44,946 nucleotides of DNA from NCBI RefSeq assembly GCF_001194135.2, contig NC_068987.1, forward strand, positions 28,446,853-28,491,798. The letters are read 5' to 3'. This DNA is from Octopus bimaculoides. Lineage: Eukaryota. Position numbers and translations under genes: made by a program. A model generated the notes under the pieces. That model worked only from the letters and a program-made list of their open reading frames with translations, was not told the DNA's origin and ran no database searches. This document shows positions 22,486-35,942 of this stretch, in pieces (position 1 is the stretch's first letter; each line of letters opens with the position of its first letter).

Positions 22486-24104
22486 TAACGGTGGGTATGC
22501 TGAAGGCCTGTAGAACAAACATCGTTTGGTCGAGACATGAATAAAATAAATCCATTTTTCTATTCAATAAGTCGAGGACTTATGCAAATATATTCAGGTT
22601 TTCGGATAAATTGAGGCATTCCTTTGAATTCTGGATATATTTCGAATTAGCGATTTTGATATATCTTCAGGGCCAATCCTATAGAAAATACATATGGATA
22701 TAGAACTCGTTTAGGCTTATATAATACTTTGTGTTCTTGTCAACAATAGTGAAATTTTTGGCATAGTAAACAGCATTTTTGTGAAAGCATTTATGGTGTA
22801 GAAAGCATGCTTTCCAGTTAAGAGAGCAGCACCTTGTGCGAGAGAAAGATACACCTGCCTAAAAATGATGGAAAATTAGGAAATTATTCAGGCAGGAATA
22901 ACGTACTTTGAAGTAATTTTCGTTAAAATTTTTTGAAACATGCAAATCACATATCGTACATTTTTCTTCTTTTTATGTATGAATGAGCTACGCCGTTTCA
23001 TTCAGTGGCGAGATATTTCATCACTTTATAGAATGTTTGAGTGACAGTTTGGTATCTGGAATGAGACAGCTTACATTATGGGCAGGTAGAAGCTCTTTAA
23101 CCTTGGTTGGAAATCTCCGAAATAACATCTGAGGCCTTGGAAGTTCCTGGTTTTGTCAATTTTTATGTCACACCGGCGAAACTCTTATTGGGCCAATAGG
23201 TGGGGGTAGTGCAGTGCAAGCTACACCCACTAAATATATTCATCTGCAGAGGCACTTCCTGTACACCAAATCTTAGTAAAATCATTGAATTGGTTGGTTG
23301 GCAGAAGCCTAAAAAAATGCACTTGTCTATATGTGTTTGTGTGTGTGTGTGGGGGGGGGGTGCATACACACATATATACATACACATACATATAAATGTA
23401 TATNNNNNNNNNNNNNNNNNNNNNNNNNNNNNNNNNNNNNNNNNNNNNNNNNNNNNNNNNNNNNNNNNNNNNNNNNNNNNNNNNNNNNNNNNNNNNNNNN
23501 NNNNNNNNNNNNNNNNNNNNNNNNNNNNNNNNNNNNNNNNNNNNNNNNNNNNNNNNNNNNNNNNNNNNNNNNNNNNNNNNNATATATGCATGCGTATTCC
23601 GTCTGTATTTAGTTTTTTTTTTTCTGACTGCTTTATGCTTAACGGGCATTATCATAAGAGAATTTCCTTTTTTCAAATGATACTTTAATATTAATTTTCA
23701 TTTGAACACTCCGGAAAGAATTCTAATTAAATACATGAAGTTTTCGTTTTTGTACTTGGCTTGCAAGATTTTTGAGGTCAACTCGTGTGTTGAAACATCT
23801 CGGGAGGGTATGGCAATAATAAACACATAGTTCTATTATGTTTTGTTTTTTTGTCAATTAGTAAAACATTTAACCTATTAACTAATCTATAGTTTTATGA
23901 ATCGTTCAGTCAGTCAGCTAGTTTAGTCAACGACCTTTCGTCGCCATTTGCAGCAGTGACATTTTTTTTTTTTACTCCAGGTCTGTGGATGGTATGTTAT
24001 TGATGAAGTCGCTAATGACGGCGGAATGATTTTGACAAACCTGATTGACTGACTGATGGACCAAACAGTCAAACAATGGATTTCTATATTGGTTAAGTCA
24101 ATAA

Positions 24105-24355
24105 ATAATTGACTAATAAAAATCATATCCTGAAATGAAACCAATACAAAACATGGTACAAGACTTCTGATGATTTATTTTTCAACATAGTCCCCCTCGA
24201 TGGCTGAACACTTTCTCCAGCGGTGCTGAAACGCTATTATCCCGGCGTAGAAGAACTTTTTTGTTTGAGACTCCAAGAAACTTCCAAGAGCGTCTATGAC
24301 TACATTGTCACTGGCAAAATGACGACCCAGCCAGGGCATTTTTCATTTTTGGAAA
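24105..24355 (-). mobile_element. Mariner transposase 3' end fragment (rest lies in the gap)
   Basis: Minus strand with one frameshift: FPKMKNALAG.HFASDNVVIDALGSFLESQTKKFFYAGIIAFQHRWRKCSAIEGDYVEK* (stop at 24175-24177), a typical mariner C-terminus. Confidence 0.8.
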
Positions 24356-25080
24356 NNNNNNNNNNNNNNNNNNNNNNNNNNNNNNNNNNNNNNNNNNNNN
24401 NNNNNNNNNNNNNNNNNNNNNNNNNNNNNNNNNNNNNNNNNNNNNNNNNNNNNNNNNNNNNNNNNNNNNNNNNNNNNNNNNNNNNNNNNNNNNNNNNNNN
24501 NNNNNNNNNNNNNNNNNNNNNNNNNNNNNNNNNNNNNNNNNNNNNNNNNNNNNNNNNNNNNNNNNNNNNNNNNNNNNNNNNNNNNNNNNNNNNNNNNNNN
24601 NNNNNNNNNNNNNNNNNNNNNNNNNNNNNNNNNNNNNNNNNNNNNNNNNNNNNNNNNNNNNNNNNNNNNNNNNNNNNNNNNNNNNNNNNNNNNNNNNNNN
24701 NNNNNNNNNNNNNNNNNNNNNNNNNNNNNNNNNNNNNNNNNNNNTATATATATATATATATGTACATTTCTGCACATATGTCTATATATGTGTACGTATG
24801 CATAACTGCCTGTCTGTCTATGGATATATGTATGTATCTATGTATTTTTGTATATATCTAAGCATCTATATATGTAATCATGTATGTATGACACCTTATT
24901 ATTTTTCACGAAGCTAGATTAATATATTGGTGCACAAACAACTCAATGCGTTTATCATCAACGTATCTTTTGAGTTTCCACCCCTCAGCAATGCACTCCA
25001 TAAAAGTATTCTGGCGTAGACTTCGGTCGACCGGTACGTTACGGTTAACTTGGTAAATGGAAATTATTCGTTTTTTTTTT

Positions 25081-25129
<49 letters not shown>

Positions 25130-26964
25130 GCGCGAGTGTAATAATCATTATCGATCACATATACGTAACTTTAGCACGCACACTTATATGCATACGCGCA
25201 GACACGCACAGATATAGATAAGAAGCACTAGGTTTCTTTTATCTTCCCTGCAGTCGCCTTCGATATAATTGTACTCTACCACGCGTCGATCCGCGGCACC
25301 ATTTCACTTAACTTCCAACACTTGTTGATCAAACACGCTTCCATTTCTCCACTATTTGTTTATACCTCTGGGACTCACACCTGAATTTTACGGATTCACC
25401 GTCTTAGGACTGTCTCCTACAGTGTAACTTAATATTTTTCCAATAACCATTTAAAAAATTAATACCTTTCACCATGCATTACCTCTACACGTGGCACGTT
25501 CGTCGAATTATTGCAGTTGTTTTATGATACTCAATAACTCCTGGTGTGTGTTTTTTCTATTACATTTTCTTTCTTTGCTTTTATTCCTATTATTATTTAT
25601 ATAATAAAAAATATGTAGATTTTTCTTCTTTTATTTACTTTTTTCCTATATGTAAAATAATTGCTTTTTCTTCAACGTTTAACTACAAATTGTTTCCCTT
25701 TATATTTTCCTTTCCGTGGCCTTTTGGACGGCCTTCTATAATCAGTTCATTTTATCCTTTTATTATTTGCCCTGACATTCTACTTGTCGTTTAACTTCAA
25801 TATCATCATTTTTTTTTCATGTTTTTCCTTATTTATAAAGTTTTAAATTAATTTTTCCTGTTTCTTTTTCATAAATACCACAACCCATTTACATTCCTTT
25901 TTACTTAATTTTGGTGCCTGCTAAATCCTAATCCTTTCCATGCCTACCTCTCAGAAACAATACGATTACACCTACACATCATCTTTCGACCTCCCTCTAT
26001 CTCACGCCCTATTTATCCATGTTGGCATGCTTCGAAACACCTACACACACTTCGCACTCTCCCTTTATACCTATCTATAGATACGGAAACACTCTTTCAC
26101 ACACCCACCCATAACTACCTCCTTATTCCTTGCTAACTACCCCGTAGAACCCCTTTCTCACCAGACCCCGATTTCTCCTTGCTTTGATTTCAACCACATT
26201 TTCTAATCCTTCCATTTTTTCTGTTGAAGGATTCGCTTCCGAAACCCTATACACTGCCCTTCTTTTTACCTCAGTACTCTAACTAATCCGTTAAACTAAT
26301 ACAAAATACGTGAAATCTTATCCTTCTGTGTTGTCTTCTTTTTGTACTGAATACCATAATTGTGTGTATGTGTGGATGTGTGGATCTTTGTATTGCTTAG
26401 TATTGTTTAATAACGGACTTGGATAAAAATCTGTGATATCTAAATGGATTGAACTCTTCAAGGAGGTATGTAGCATAATCGCAGCCAAGTGATTAAGATT
26501 TTATAGTATATGAAGTACTGTAATTTTTAAAAGTATTTCTAGTAGTTACTCATTGTATGCAAGTAAATGTACGTATTCATCTTCGGAGCTTTAGCTATAA
26601 TGTACAATTGATAGTTGCATCGTGTACCTGAAGGCCTTTGTCACTTTCAATTTCAACTCCCGTTTGTTTACCTTCTCCATCTATCTATTAGATTTATCAT
26701 AATTATCTATAATGTACAATGATTATAATTTAGGCTTTTGATATTCCTGTTGCGTTGGATTCCGAACGTCTTACACTATGTTTTTATTAACTCAAATTAT
26801 ATTTGCTAAGACTACTTACCATATAAGTCTATAAATATTAGATTCTCAATAAATTAGATGTGTGAATTATACGTGTGTCTCAGTTTATCGGTGTGTGTTT
26901 GTGTCAGTGTGTGTTTGTGTCAGTGTGTATTTGTGTCAGTGTGTATGCCTGTGGGAGTGTGTGG

Positions 26965-27012
<48 letters not shown>

Positions 27013-27364
27013 CAAACAAAGCAACAAAAAATACCAAAAGCAATGTATTACAAGGCAAAATTAGTTCAAGATGGAAATTATCAATTTGATGGTTAGACAA
27101 ATGGAATTAGTAAATTATTATGACGTTTCGGACCTTAAAATTCATTAGAATAGGTGTGGATTGGAAAGAGATGAGAAACACCGAGCTATATACCTACACT
27201 AGTACAGCAACAAAAGGATACATAAACAAATACAAGGGGCTACGGGTAAATAGCCGACATTTTATATTTATATTTTCGCGCACCTACATTGAGTGTTTTT
27301 GATTTTGTCGACTACAGAGTATTGTAGTCAGTTAGGCACCGTCTGTGAGAAAAAAAACATCACC

Positions 27365-27918
27365 ATGAAGCAATTCACTTTGCCAGAAATTTGGAAATCT
27401 CATGCTGCATTGCTTGGTGTACGCGCTGGAAGCTCCAATACGAAGATTTCAGATTGTTTGGGTGTCAATCGGAGGACAGTGCAATCTGAGGACATGTACC
27501 GGGAATGATAAAAATCAAACACCCAGTCAACACCATGATGTTTGGAGTGACCACTAGTAATTGCGACGTTATGTCTTGCCTTTATTCATCTTCCCAGATA
27601 GCCTCAGGCTCAACACAGGCCCACATCAAGTTCCTGGAGGTAGTAGTGCTGCCCTGGGTCAAGAGGATGGCTGCTGGAAGACACTATGTCTGACAACAGG
27701 AGTCTGCAACATGCCACACAAGCAGGAGAAACCAATCATGGCTGTCAGACAATTTCTGCGAACACATTACCGCCAAGCGTCTGGCCACCTAAGTCCCCAG
27801 ACTGCAACCCTCTTGATTATTGTGTTGGGTGCAGTAAAGGCCAGAATTATACTAGCAGTCACCAAGGAGAAGTCGTCTGGAGGGTGTGGTTGAAGCCAAT
27901 AGTGATTGTATTGAATAA
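27365..27918 (+). mobile_element. Internally deleted maT/DD37D-type transposase remnant
   Basis: MKQFTLPEIWKSHAALLGVRAG...NRRTVQ joined directly to IKHPVNTMMFGV...FIFPDSLRLN...KFLEVVVLPWVKRMAAGRHYV*QQESATCHTSRRNQSWLS...VWPPKSPDCNPLDYCV...EANSDCIE*. Confidence 0.8.
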
Positions 27919-30358
27919 ATATAATCTTTATTATTTCAAAATATTTGAATGTAATTTTGGTAAATATATCTGTTGAAATGTGACGTCAGTGTTATTTTCA
28001 TCTTTGCGTCATTTAGACTACGATTCATTCACCACACCCTTTATGTATGTATNNNNNNNNNNNNNNNNNNNNNNNNNNNNNNNNNNNNNNNNNNNNNNNN
28101 NNNNNNNNNNNNNNNNNNNNNNNNNNNNNNNNNNNNNNNNNNNNNNNNNNNNNNNNNNNNNTATATATATATGTATGTATATATATATATATATATATAC
28201 GTGTATGTGTGCGTATATATATACGCACATAGAAACAAATAAAATCGTCGAATGATATTAAGGGACGGGAGTGTACGAGAAAGTTTCAGCATATCCCAAA
28301 ACATAACGAGTAGAATATTAAATGGTGACAGGGAAAGTACTATGTCCAACATTCGTTCAGTGAAAGAGACCTCGAAACCAGAAAGTTCACATAACTTAGA
28401 TTTTTCAGTTCAAAGCTGATTTGTCCTGGAACAGGTTAAATTATTTCTCATTTAAGCATGGCGTATATCTTATAGAGTTATGGTAGGAAATACATGTGGA
28501 GGGCTTAATCTGTTTAAAATTGACCAGTGAATCTTGAAAGGAGCCGAACTCTAAGCAATTTCTGAAAACTTTATGTGGGAAAATTTTTCCCTTTAGTAAT
28601 TCTTTCAGTATAATCACCATGCAGAGGGAAACGGTCTGTGTTTTTTCTTTGCGTGTTTTCGAAGGACTCGGATAACTCATGAATCAGTCTTCCATTATAA
28701 CTATGGTTTGATAAAACTGCACTGGACAAAATATCCGGGTAACGACAGAAGCGAAAGAAACATTTTAGTTTAACTTCACATGTCATGGACAGGTCAAGCT
28801 GACGAACTTAACACGCAGCAGAGTCTAACCTTTCAACTAATTCTGGTAGCAGTGTCAAGTCTAAATCATACGAAAGATATTTATAATCTTTCATCTTAAA
28901 TTTCCTTAAAACAGATTTAGTACAGACTGTTTACTCCATCTTCATCAACGACACAGGAAAAATCATCGCTCATGCCCAACACTAGGCGTATGAAATATTA
29001 GGGTTTGGTATTCTAACGGTTCCATTGCATGACTGACTGTGTGTTTGTTAACACCTAATCACATTTCAGGGACTTGTCACCTAATTTTATTCAATACTCT
29101 TCCCAGAACTGCATCTTTGTCAAATTTGTGACTTGCAGAAATACATAACTTAGAAAATGCGAACGAACCTAATAAATATCCAGGAGTTTTTTCAATGGTG
29201 TTGCAACAGTAGGTGTGTAATTCTCATTAGTTATATAACTGCAAACCCTTTGAACTTATGGCATTTGATGGTTCCACCCCTCTGATCAGATGAATCCCAC
29301 CTCACTATCATTTCTGCAAGAAAGATCAACAGTTTTAATTTGGTCAGTTGTTGCCAGGGACTAGGTCCGACAGCTAAAAAGTAATAAATAACGGACGGGG
29401 TTGCAGTCAATTGCACCCATCGCTCATCCTTCCCTGAACATCTTTCCCTCGGCTTATTTTTCGTTACTTCCATTTCTCTTATTTCCTATGAAGCATAAAT
29501 GCTGTATCAACACCTTTACGGGAACCTCGATATAGGTAGAATCAGCTAGCCGGCTTAGACAAGTTTGTTATGCCAGTCTACTTTTCGGGAACGTGCCTTA
29601 TTAGCTAACTGAGTCAATTTCGTCTCTTTTCATATTCTTTCCGGTATAAGTCCTTACCTTACCATATTTTAGACACAGAGACACAAAGTTAGAGGGAGAC
29701 ACGGATATATAACAATATGCCTGAATAAGAACGAAACTATCAGTTAAAATATCTTCTTTATATATATATATATATATNNNNNNNNNNNNNNNNNNNNNNN
29801 NNNNNNNNNNNNNNNNNNNNNNNNNNNNNNNNNNNNNNNNNNNNNNNNNNNNNNNNNNNNNNNNNNNNNNNNNNNNNNNNNNNNNNNNNNNNNNNNNNNN
29901 NNNNNNNNNNNNNNNNNNNNNNNNNNNNNNNNNNNNNNNNNNNNNNNNNNNNNNNNNNNNNNNNNNNNNNNNNNNNNNNNNNNNNNNNNNNNNNNNNTAT
30001 ATATATATGTGTGTGTGTGTGTGTGTATGTGTATGTTTATGCGTGTGTGTGTGTATGTTTCTGAACATATGCGCGCGTGATGGATGCAAACGTATATGCG
30101 AGTTCGTATTTATACCGTGAAGGTGTGTGTGTGTGTGCATGTGTGTTTGTATGTGTGTGTGCGTGTGTGCGTGTGTGTGTGTGTGTGAGTGAATATGTTT
30201 CCGCGCGTGCACACGCACATTTGACAGTTTCCGCTTCTACATGTCCGAACGCATAAAGTAGCGAACAAGGTTTGCTAGTTCACGACCGTTCAAACAAAAA
30301 CAAAACTATTTTTCCTATACGGAAGAAATCCATGATCATTTCGCCCATAACAAACAAA

Positions 30359-30389
<31 letters not shown>

Positions 30390-32556
30390 AATAAAACACA
30401 ACCGCTATAGTAGCAGCAACAAGAAGAACAAGAATAGCTTTTGCTACTACAACTATATTCACAAGAACAACAAAATTAGAAAGCATAAGTAAATAAATCG
30501 ATAAGTATAAAAAGAAGGGAAAAAAGTTGTGTGTCGCCCAATAAACTGTGTTACTGCTGCTATTTTAGTCTGTCTCTCTGTTGATCATATGACTGCTAGA
30601 GTATAAGACCACCCGCATAAACAGACTCGTTCATCGCTGTTGTGTGTTTTATGTGTTTCATTAATTATTTGTTATTTCTTTTCAGTCTTTATTTATTGAG
30701 GTATGTGTGTGCGTGAGTGCATGCGAGTAAGTGTATATGCATTTCCGTGTGTGAGTGTGAGTGTGTGTGTGAGTGTGTGTGAGTGTGTGTGTGTGTGAGT
30801 GTGTGTGTGTGTGTGCGTGCGTGCGTGCATAATGTATGTGAATGTGTATATATGCTTCTCTCGCTCTCTCTCTTTCCTTTATATATATATATACACATAT
30901 AACGACAAATATGTGTGTGTGTGTGTGTAACTCTGTACAAGTATTTGTATTTATATGCGTGTGCGTGTATGTATATATATATATATATGTGTATTGCCTC
31001 GCTGGATCAACTACTACGAACAATAACCTGTATCGGTCACATCAGCAGCAACACGAAGAAAAACAAGGGTGATGGTGGTTATAATGATGACGATGACGAT
31101 GACGATGATGATGGTGCTGGTGCTGGTGGTATAAACATGGTACCGTTGATATTGATGGTGGCGGTGACGGTCGTGTGCTGCTGGCGGGGTGTGTGAACGT
31201 AAGTGTGCGTAGGTGTTTGTGCGTGCGTGTGTGTGAATGTATCTGAGCGCGCGCGTGTGTATGTGTGTGTTTGTGTGTGTGTGTGTGTGAGAGAGAGAAC
31301 GAAAACTAACAACAATAACGGTATGTAAACAATGTTAAACAATAGGCATAACACAACTACAACAGACGCCTATTGTCTCCCAATTTACGAGTAACCCTAA
31401 AAGGCACACAGGCAATAAATTTATAATAATGTCCGAGAAAAATCGAACTAAATTTCTTGTTCAAGATTTCTTATTTTGTTAACATGATTTTTGTTGCTGT
31501 TGTTGTTGTTGTTGTTCTTGGTGTTGTGTTTTCATTAATTTTCTTTTTTGCGCCATTTCAATTATTTCTTTTTTGTTTATACTTTCGTTTTTTCTCATTC
31601 GATTTTGATTCCCTACGCACACGAGCGTCTTTTGTTTGCGGCTTTGTTCCATGTTGTTTATTAATTAATTTTCAGTTTGTTTTCGTTTATGTGTGGTATT
31701 GTTGTTGTTGTTGCTCCTCCTGCCGCTGCTGTTTGAATCCTTCGAACGTTTCCTATCATCAATATAGATACTATTGCGTCCCGCTTGCTTCGCTTCTCTT
31801 CATATCCTTACTGAAATATTCGATGAATCAATAGAACAATGTTTGAAGTGTTCTATGAAAGTCAAAATGAGTGACCCAAGAGAAAGTTGGCTAAGTAGTG
31901 CAATAACAAGGCCCTGTTGGATGTAAAATATACATTAATAAGTGGAATTGATCTTAAAACTCTCGCAAAAGTTCATTCATAGTAGACGCTAAGTTAGCTA
32001 AACCGAACGACAGTGGAAAATAGCTGTTGCTGGTTTGCTGCTTGCATACTGCAGATGCGGCTGCGCGGGTGGTCTATGGCGCCTTAACAACTTTCTCCCT
32101 CTCCATCGTTTTAAGCACACCCCCTCTTCTTACTCTTTTAACTACATCTCTCGCCCTCTCTCTGTCTCTGTTTCTATCTCTCCTATCATCTTAAACTCTC
32201 TTTCTGCCTTGCTAGCTGTGTTGATGTGCCGATACAGTGATGCAGCTTTGCATGCTGCAAGCTGCTGCAACAGTATATCGAATGTAAACTGACGAATGAT
32301 ATTGTTTCAAAAAATTGGAAGTTTGTTACTCCCCGTGTACAAATAAATTTGTGTGTTTTTGTGTATGTATCAATGTATTTATGCATGCTCCCCCCCCCCA
32401 TCTCTTTCTTGCTCACACAGAAAAACACACGCACCCACGTGTTTGAGAGGGATGTACACTTCATGATATTTTGGTTCAAGCCTTGTGAGAAGTATTTAAT
32501 AAGTGTACATGAGATTGCGTGCGAGCATGTGTGTGTACTGCGTATATATTTGTGCA

Positions 32557-32592
<36 letters not shown>

Positions 32593-33157
32593 NNNNNNNN
32601 NNNNNNNNNNNNNNNNNNNNNNNNNNNNNNNNNNNNNNNNNNNNNNNNNNNNNNNNNNNNNNNNNNNNNNNNNNNNNNNNNNNNNNNNNNNNNNNNNNNN
32701 NNNNNNNNNNNNNNNNNNNNNNNNNNNNNNNNNNNNNNNNNNNNNNNNNNNNNNNNNNNNNNNNNNNNNNNNNNNNNNNNNNNNNNNNNNNNNNNNNNNN
32801 NNNNNNNNNNNNNNNNNNNNNNNNNNNNNNNNNNNNNNNNNNNNNNNNNNNNNNNNNNNNNNNNNNNNNNNNNNNNNNNNNNNNNNNNNNNNNNNNNNNN
32901 NNNNNNNNNNNNNNNNNNNNNNNNNNNNNNNNNNNNNNNNNNNNNNNNNNNNNNNNNNNNNNNNNNNNNNNNNNNNNNNNNNNNNNNNNNNNNNNNNNNN
33001 NNNNNNNNNNNNNNNNNNNNNNNNNNNNNNNNNNNNNNNNNNNNNNNNNNNNNNNNNNNNNNNNNNNNNNNNNNNNNNNNNNNNNNNNNNNNNNNNNNNN
33101 NNNNNNNNNNNNNNNNNNNNNNNNNNNNNNNNNNNNNNNNNNNTATATATATATATC

Positions 33158-33273
33158 TTCGAAACGTCTAGTTAGAATAGAGACAGCTGATGAAGGAATA
33201 TTCCAAGTGGCTTTCCGTTTTCCTATGTGTTCGTTCCGTTGTCTGTAGTTCATTGTTCTAACGTCCTGTACCC
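33158..33273 (+). repeat. PLE-associated repeat with permuted hammerhead-like motifs
   Basis: ttcGAAACGTCtag...gacagCTGATGAAGGaatattcc...acgtcctgtaccc followed by (TA)n; same terminal motifs as 14984-15103. Confidence 0.5.
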
Positions 33274-34007
33274 TGATATGCATATATATATATATACACA
33301 TGTAGATGTAAGTATGTACATATATGTGTGTATACATGTATATATATTCTTTGTATTATATATATATATACATACATGATACATGCAAACATAAATACTT
33401 GGAGATGGATTCGTCGCGTTCAATTGAATAATAAATGGTATATAATGTGTATATTTATATATATATATATATTATTATTATTATCTATTATTTATTATAT
33501 ATGTATGTATGTATGAATGGGTATATATACATGTATGCGTATGCGTGAACCTGTATATATGTAATATGTCGGTGATAGACATAAACTCATACATGTACGT
33601 GTGGGTGTAAATCTTATGTATTTTGTGTATCTTGTGTATGTTTGTAATTATAACAAGGCAGCAAAGTGACGGAGTTGTTGGAGGGTTGCGTGGAATGCAT
33701 CACTGTAATTCTTACTTTTTACTTTCAAATAACTTTGTTTTCGAAACCCGCCGAAATCTGATTTATCTCTCATCGTTTTCACGTGAATAAAGAACGTACG
33801 AAACGCTGCTGTGGGTTGACATACCAGTTACGGAGTTATAGTCATGTTACAAGAACTAATAGTGGTAAGATGGTCGGGTCAATGGATAGCTTTACTTTTA
33901 CATAATATTAGTGGTGTGGACAGTTGCCATTCTTCTTGAAAAACACTTGGCGAGATCAGCGTATGAACTTGTGGATACATAGTTACGTTGTATCGACCGA
34001 AGACCAG

Positions 34008-34070
<63 letters not shown>

Positions 34071-34108
34071 ATATCTATCTATCTATCTATCTATCTCTNN
34101 NNNNNNNN

Positions 34109-34174
<66 letters not shown>

Positions 34175-34204
34175 CTATACTATACTATACTATACTATAC
34201 TATA
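34008..34204. repeat. Compound microsatellite (TATC)n-(CT)n-(TATAC)n
   Basis: Seen directly. Confidence 0.95.
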
Positions 34205-34478
34205 GTGGAACCTCGTCGGTTACGTCGACATGTGTCCCAGTTGATCCGATCAACAAAACGACCTGCTCCTGAAATAAACGTGCATGCGGCTGAGCGGTCC
34301 ATACACACGGGTAACCCTAACGTTATTTTCAAGGAGATTCAGCTTGACACGGAATGTGACAGGGCAGCCTTTTAAAATAGGGGTGTTACTCATTATGACT
34401 GAGTCGACTAAAGCAACATGAAATAAAGTGTCTTGCTCAAGAGCATAATGCAGCACCGGGTATCCAACAGAGGTCCTT
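34205..34478 (-). mobile_element. tRNA-type SINE with the shared core but a different 3' tail; head truncated
   Basis: 34412-34442 agcaacatgaaataaagtgtcttgctcaaga is nearly identical to 16841-16870; the sequence downstream on minus is unrelated to the 16614 tail. Confidence 0.65.
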
Positions 34479-35079
34479 ACGCCCCCCTCCACCATCGCTT
34501 GTTGATGTGCTNNNNNNNNNNNNNNNNNNNNNNNNNNNNNNNNNNNNNNNNNNNNNNNNNNNNNNNNNNNNNNNNNNNNNNNNNNNNNNNNNNNNNNNNN
34601 NNNNNNNNNNNNNNNNNNNNNNNNNNNNNNNNNNNNNNNNNNNNNNNNNNNNNNNNNNNNNNNNNNNNNNNNNNNNNNNNNNNNNNNNNNNNNNNNNNNN
34701 NNNNNNNNNNNNNNNNNNNNNNNNNNNNNNNNNNNNNNNNNNNNNNNNNNNNNNNNNNNNNNNNNNNNNNNNNNNNNNNNNNNNNNNNNNNNNNNNNNNN
34801 NNNNNNNNNNNNNNNNNNNNNNNNNNNNNNNNNNNNNNNNNNNNNNNNNNNNNNNNNNNNNNNNNNNNNNNNNNNNNNNNNNNNNNNNNNNNNNNNNNNN
34901 NNNNNNNNNNNNNNNNNNNNNNNNNNNNNNNNNNNNNNNNNNNNNNNNNNNNNNNNNNNNNNNNNNNNNNNNNNNNNNNNNNNNNNNNNNNNNNNNNNNN
35001 NNNNNNNNNNNNNNNNNNNNNNNNNNNNNNNNNNNNNNNNNNNNNNNNNNNNNNNNNNNNNNNNNNNNNNNNNNNNNNN

Positions 35080-35094
35080 GTGCTCTTCCGATCT
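35080..35094 (+). other. Illumina TruSeq adapter remnant at a contig edge (assembly artefact)
   Basis: GTGCTCTTCCGATCT immediately after an N-gap is an exact match to the 3' 15 nt of the Read 2 primer sequence ...AGACGTGTGCTCTTCCGATCT. Confidence 0.85.
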
Positions 35095-35910
35095 AAGCGC
35101 TCCTGTATGCGGACACGAGTCGTGAGTGAAGTTGTGTGAATGAAAACACTATGAAATGCGCTGTATATCAAATAGAAACGGCTTAGTGTTGTAATTGTCA
35201 TGCTCTCTGTCACATCAAGCTCGACCCACAAGGAATTCGTCAAGTATGGAATTTTTTGTGGAATACTCAGCTACTTATATAACAATACAGTGATTGTGTA
35301 GTGACATTTGTCGAACTGTTGTTATACTCCTCTTCGATACAGACGGATGATTAGTTTAATATATTTTATGTGTCTCATCATGAGAGTATAGAAAATGAAG
35401 GTATCTTCGATGCCATGCGCACTAATATATTAGAATGTACATTTAATATTGTAAAATTTATTTGTTAATATAATTTGAGCCATTCTTGCATACATACACA
35501 CGCGTACACACGCAAAAAGAAAACAAACACTAATATATGCAAAAATCTCCTCGCCACATATATCCAGATATGAATTTTGTACATGTATACTTCATTATTC
35601 TTTATAGTCGGAGACTAATATGCATATTGCTTTAAACTTATAACCCGCCTACAAGAGAAATATCATTTCAGCTTATACTCCAATGTACTAAAACACGATA
35701 TACAACAGAATTATGTTGAGTATATCGGGATATGTTACTACGAATGCCCATGTGTCTCCGTGCGTTTCCGTGCGTGTGTGCGTGTGTTACGACTGCATTG
35801 GTGCATAAGAATTTTGCTGATAGAAATTTTTATAGAAAACTACCCATATCTCTGATTTAATCACTATTGAATCGCTGTGTAAATCTCTCATACGCGTGCA
35901 CACACACACG

Positions 35911-35942
<32 letters not shown>

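Noticed and set aside
28441-28786. Overlapping minus-strand ORFs with protein-like composition
   Set aside because: No recognisable motif or splice context; could be an unidentified TE remnant.
30686-30700. Apparent 15-nt plus-strand microexon (ttttcAG|TCTTTATTTATTGAG|GTATGT)
   Set aside because: The donor merges into a TG microsatellite, where GTATGT is common, and the strand is opposite to the other exon candidates.
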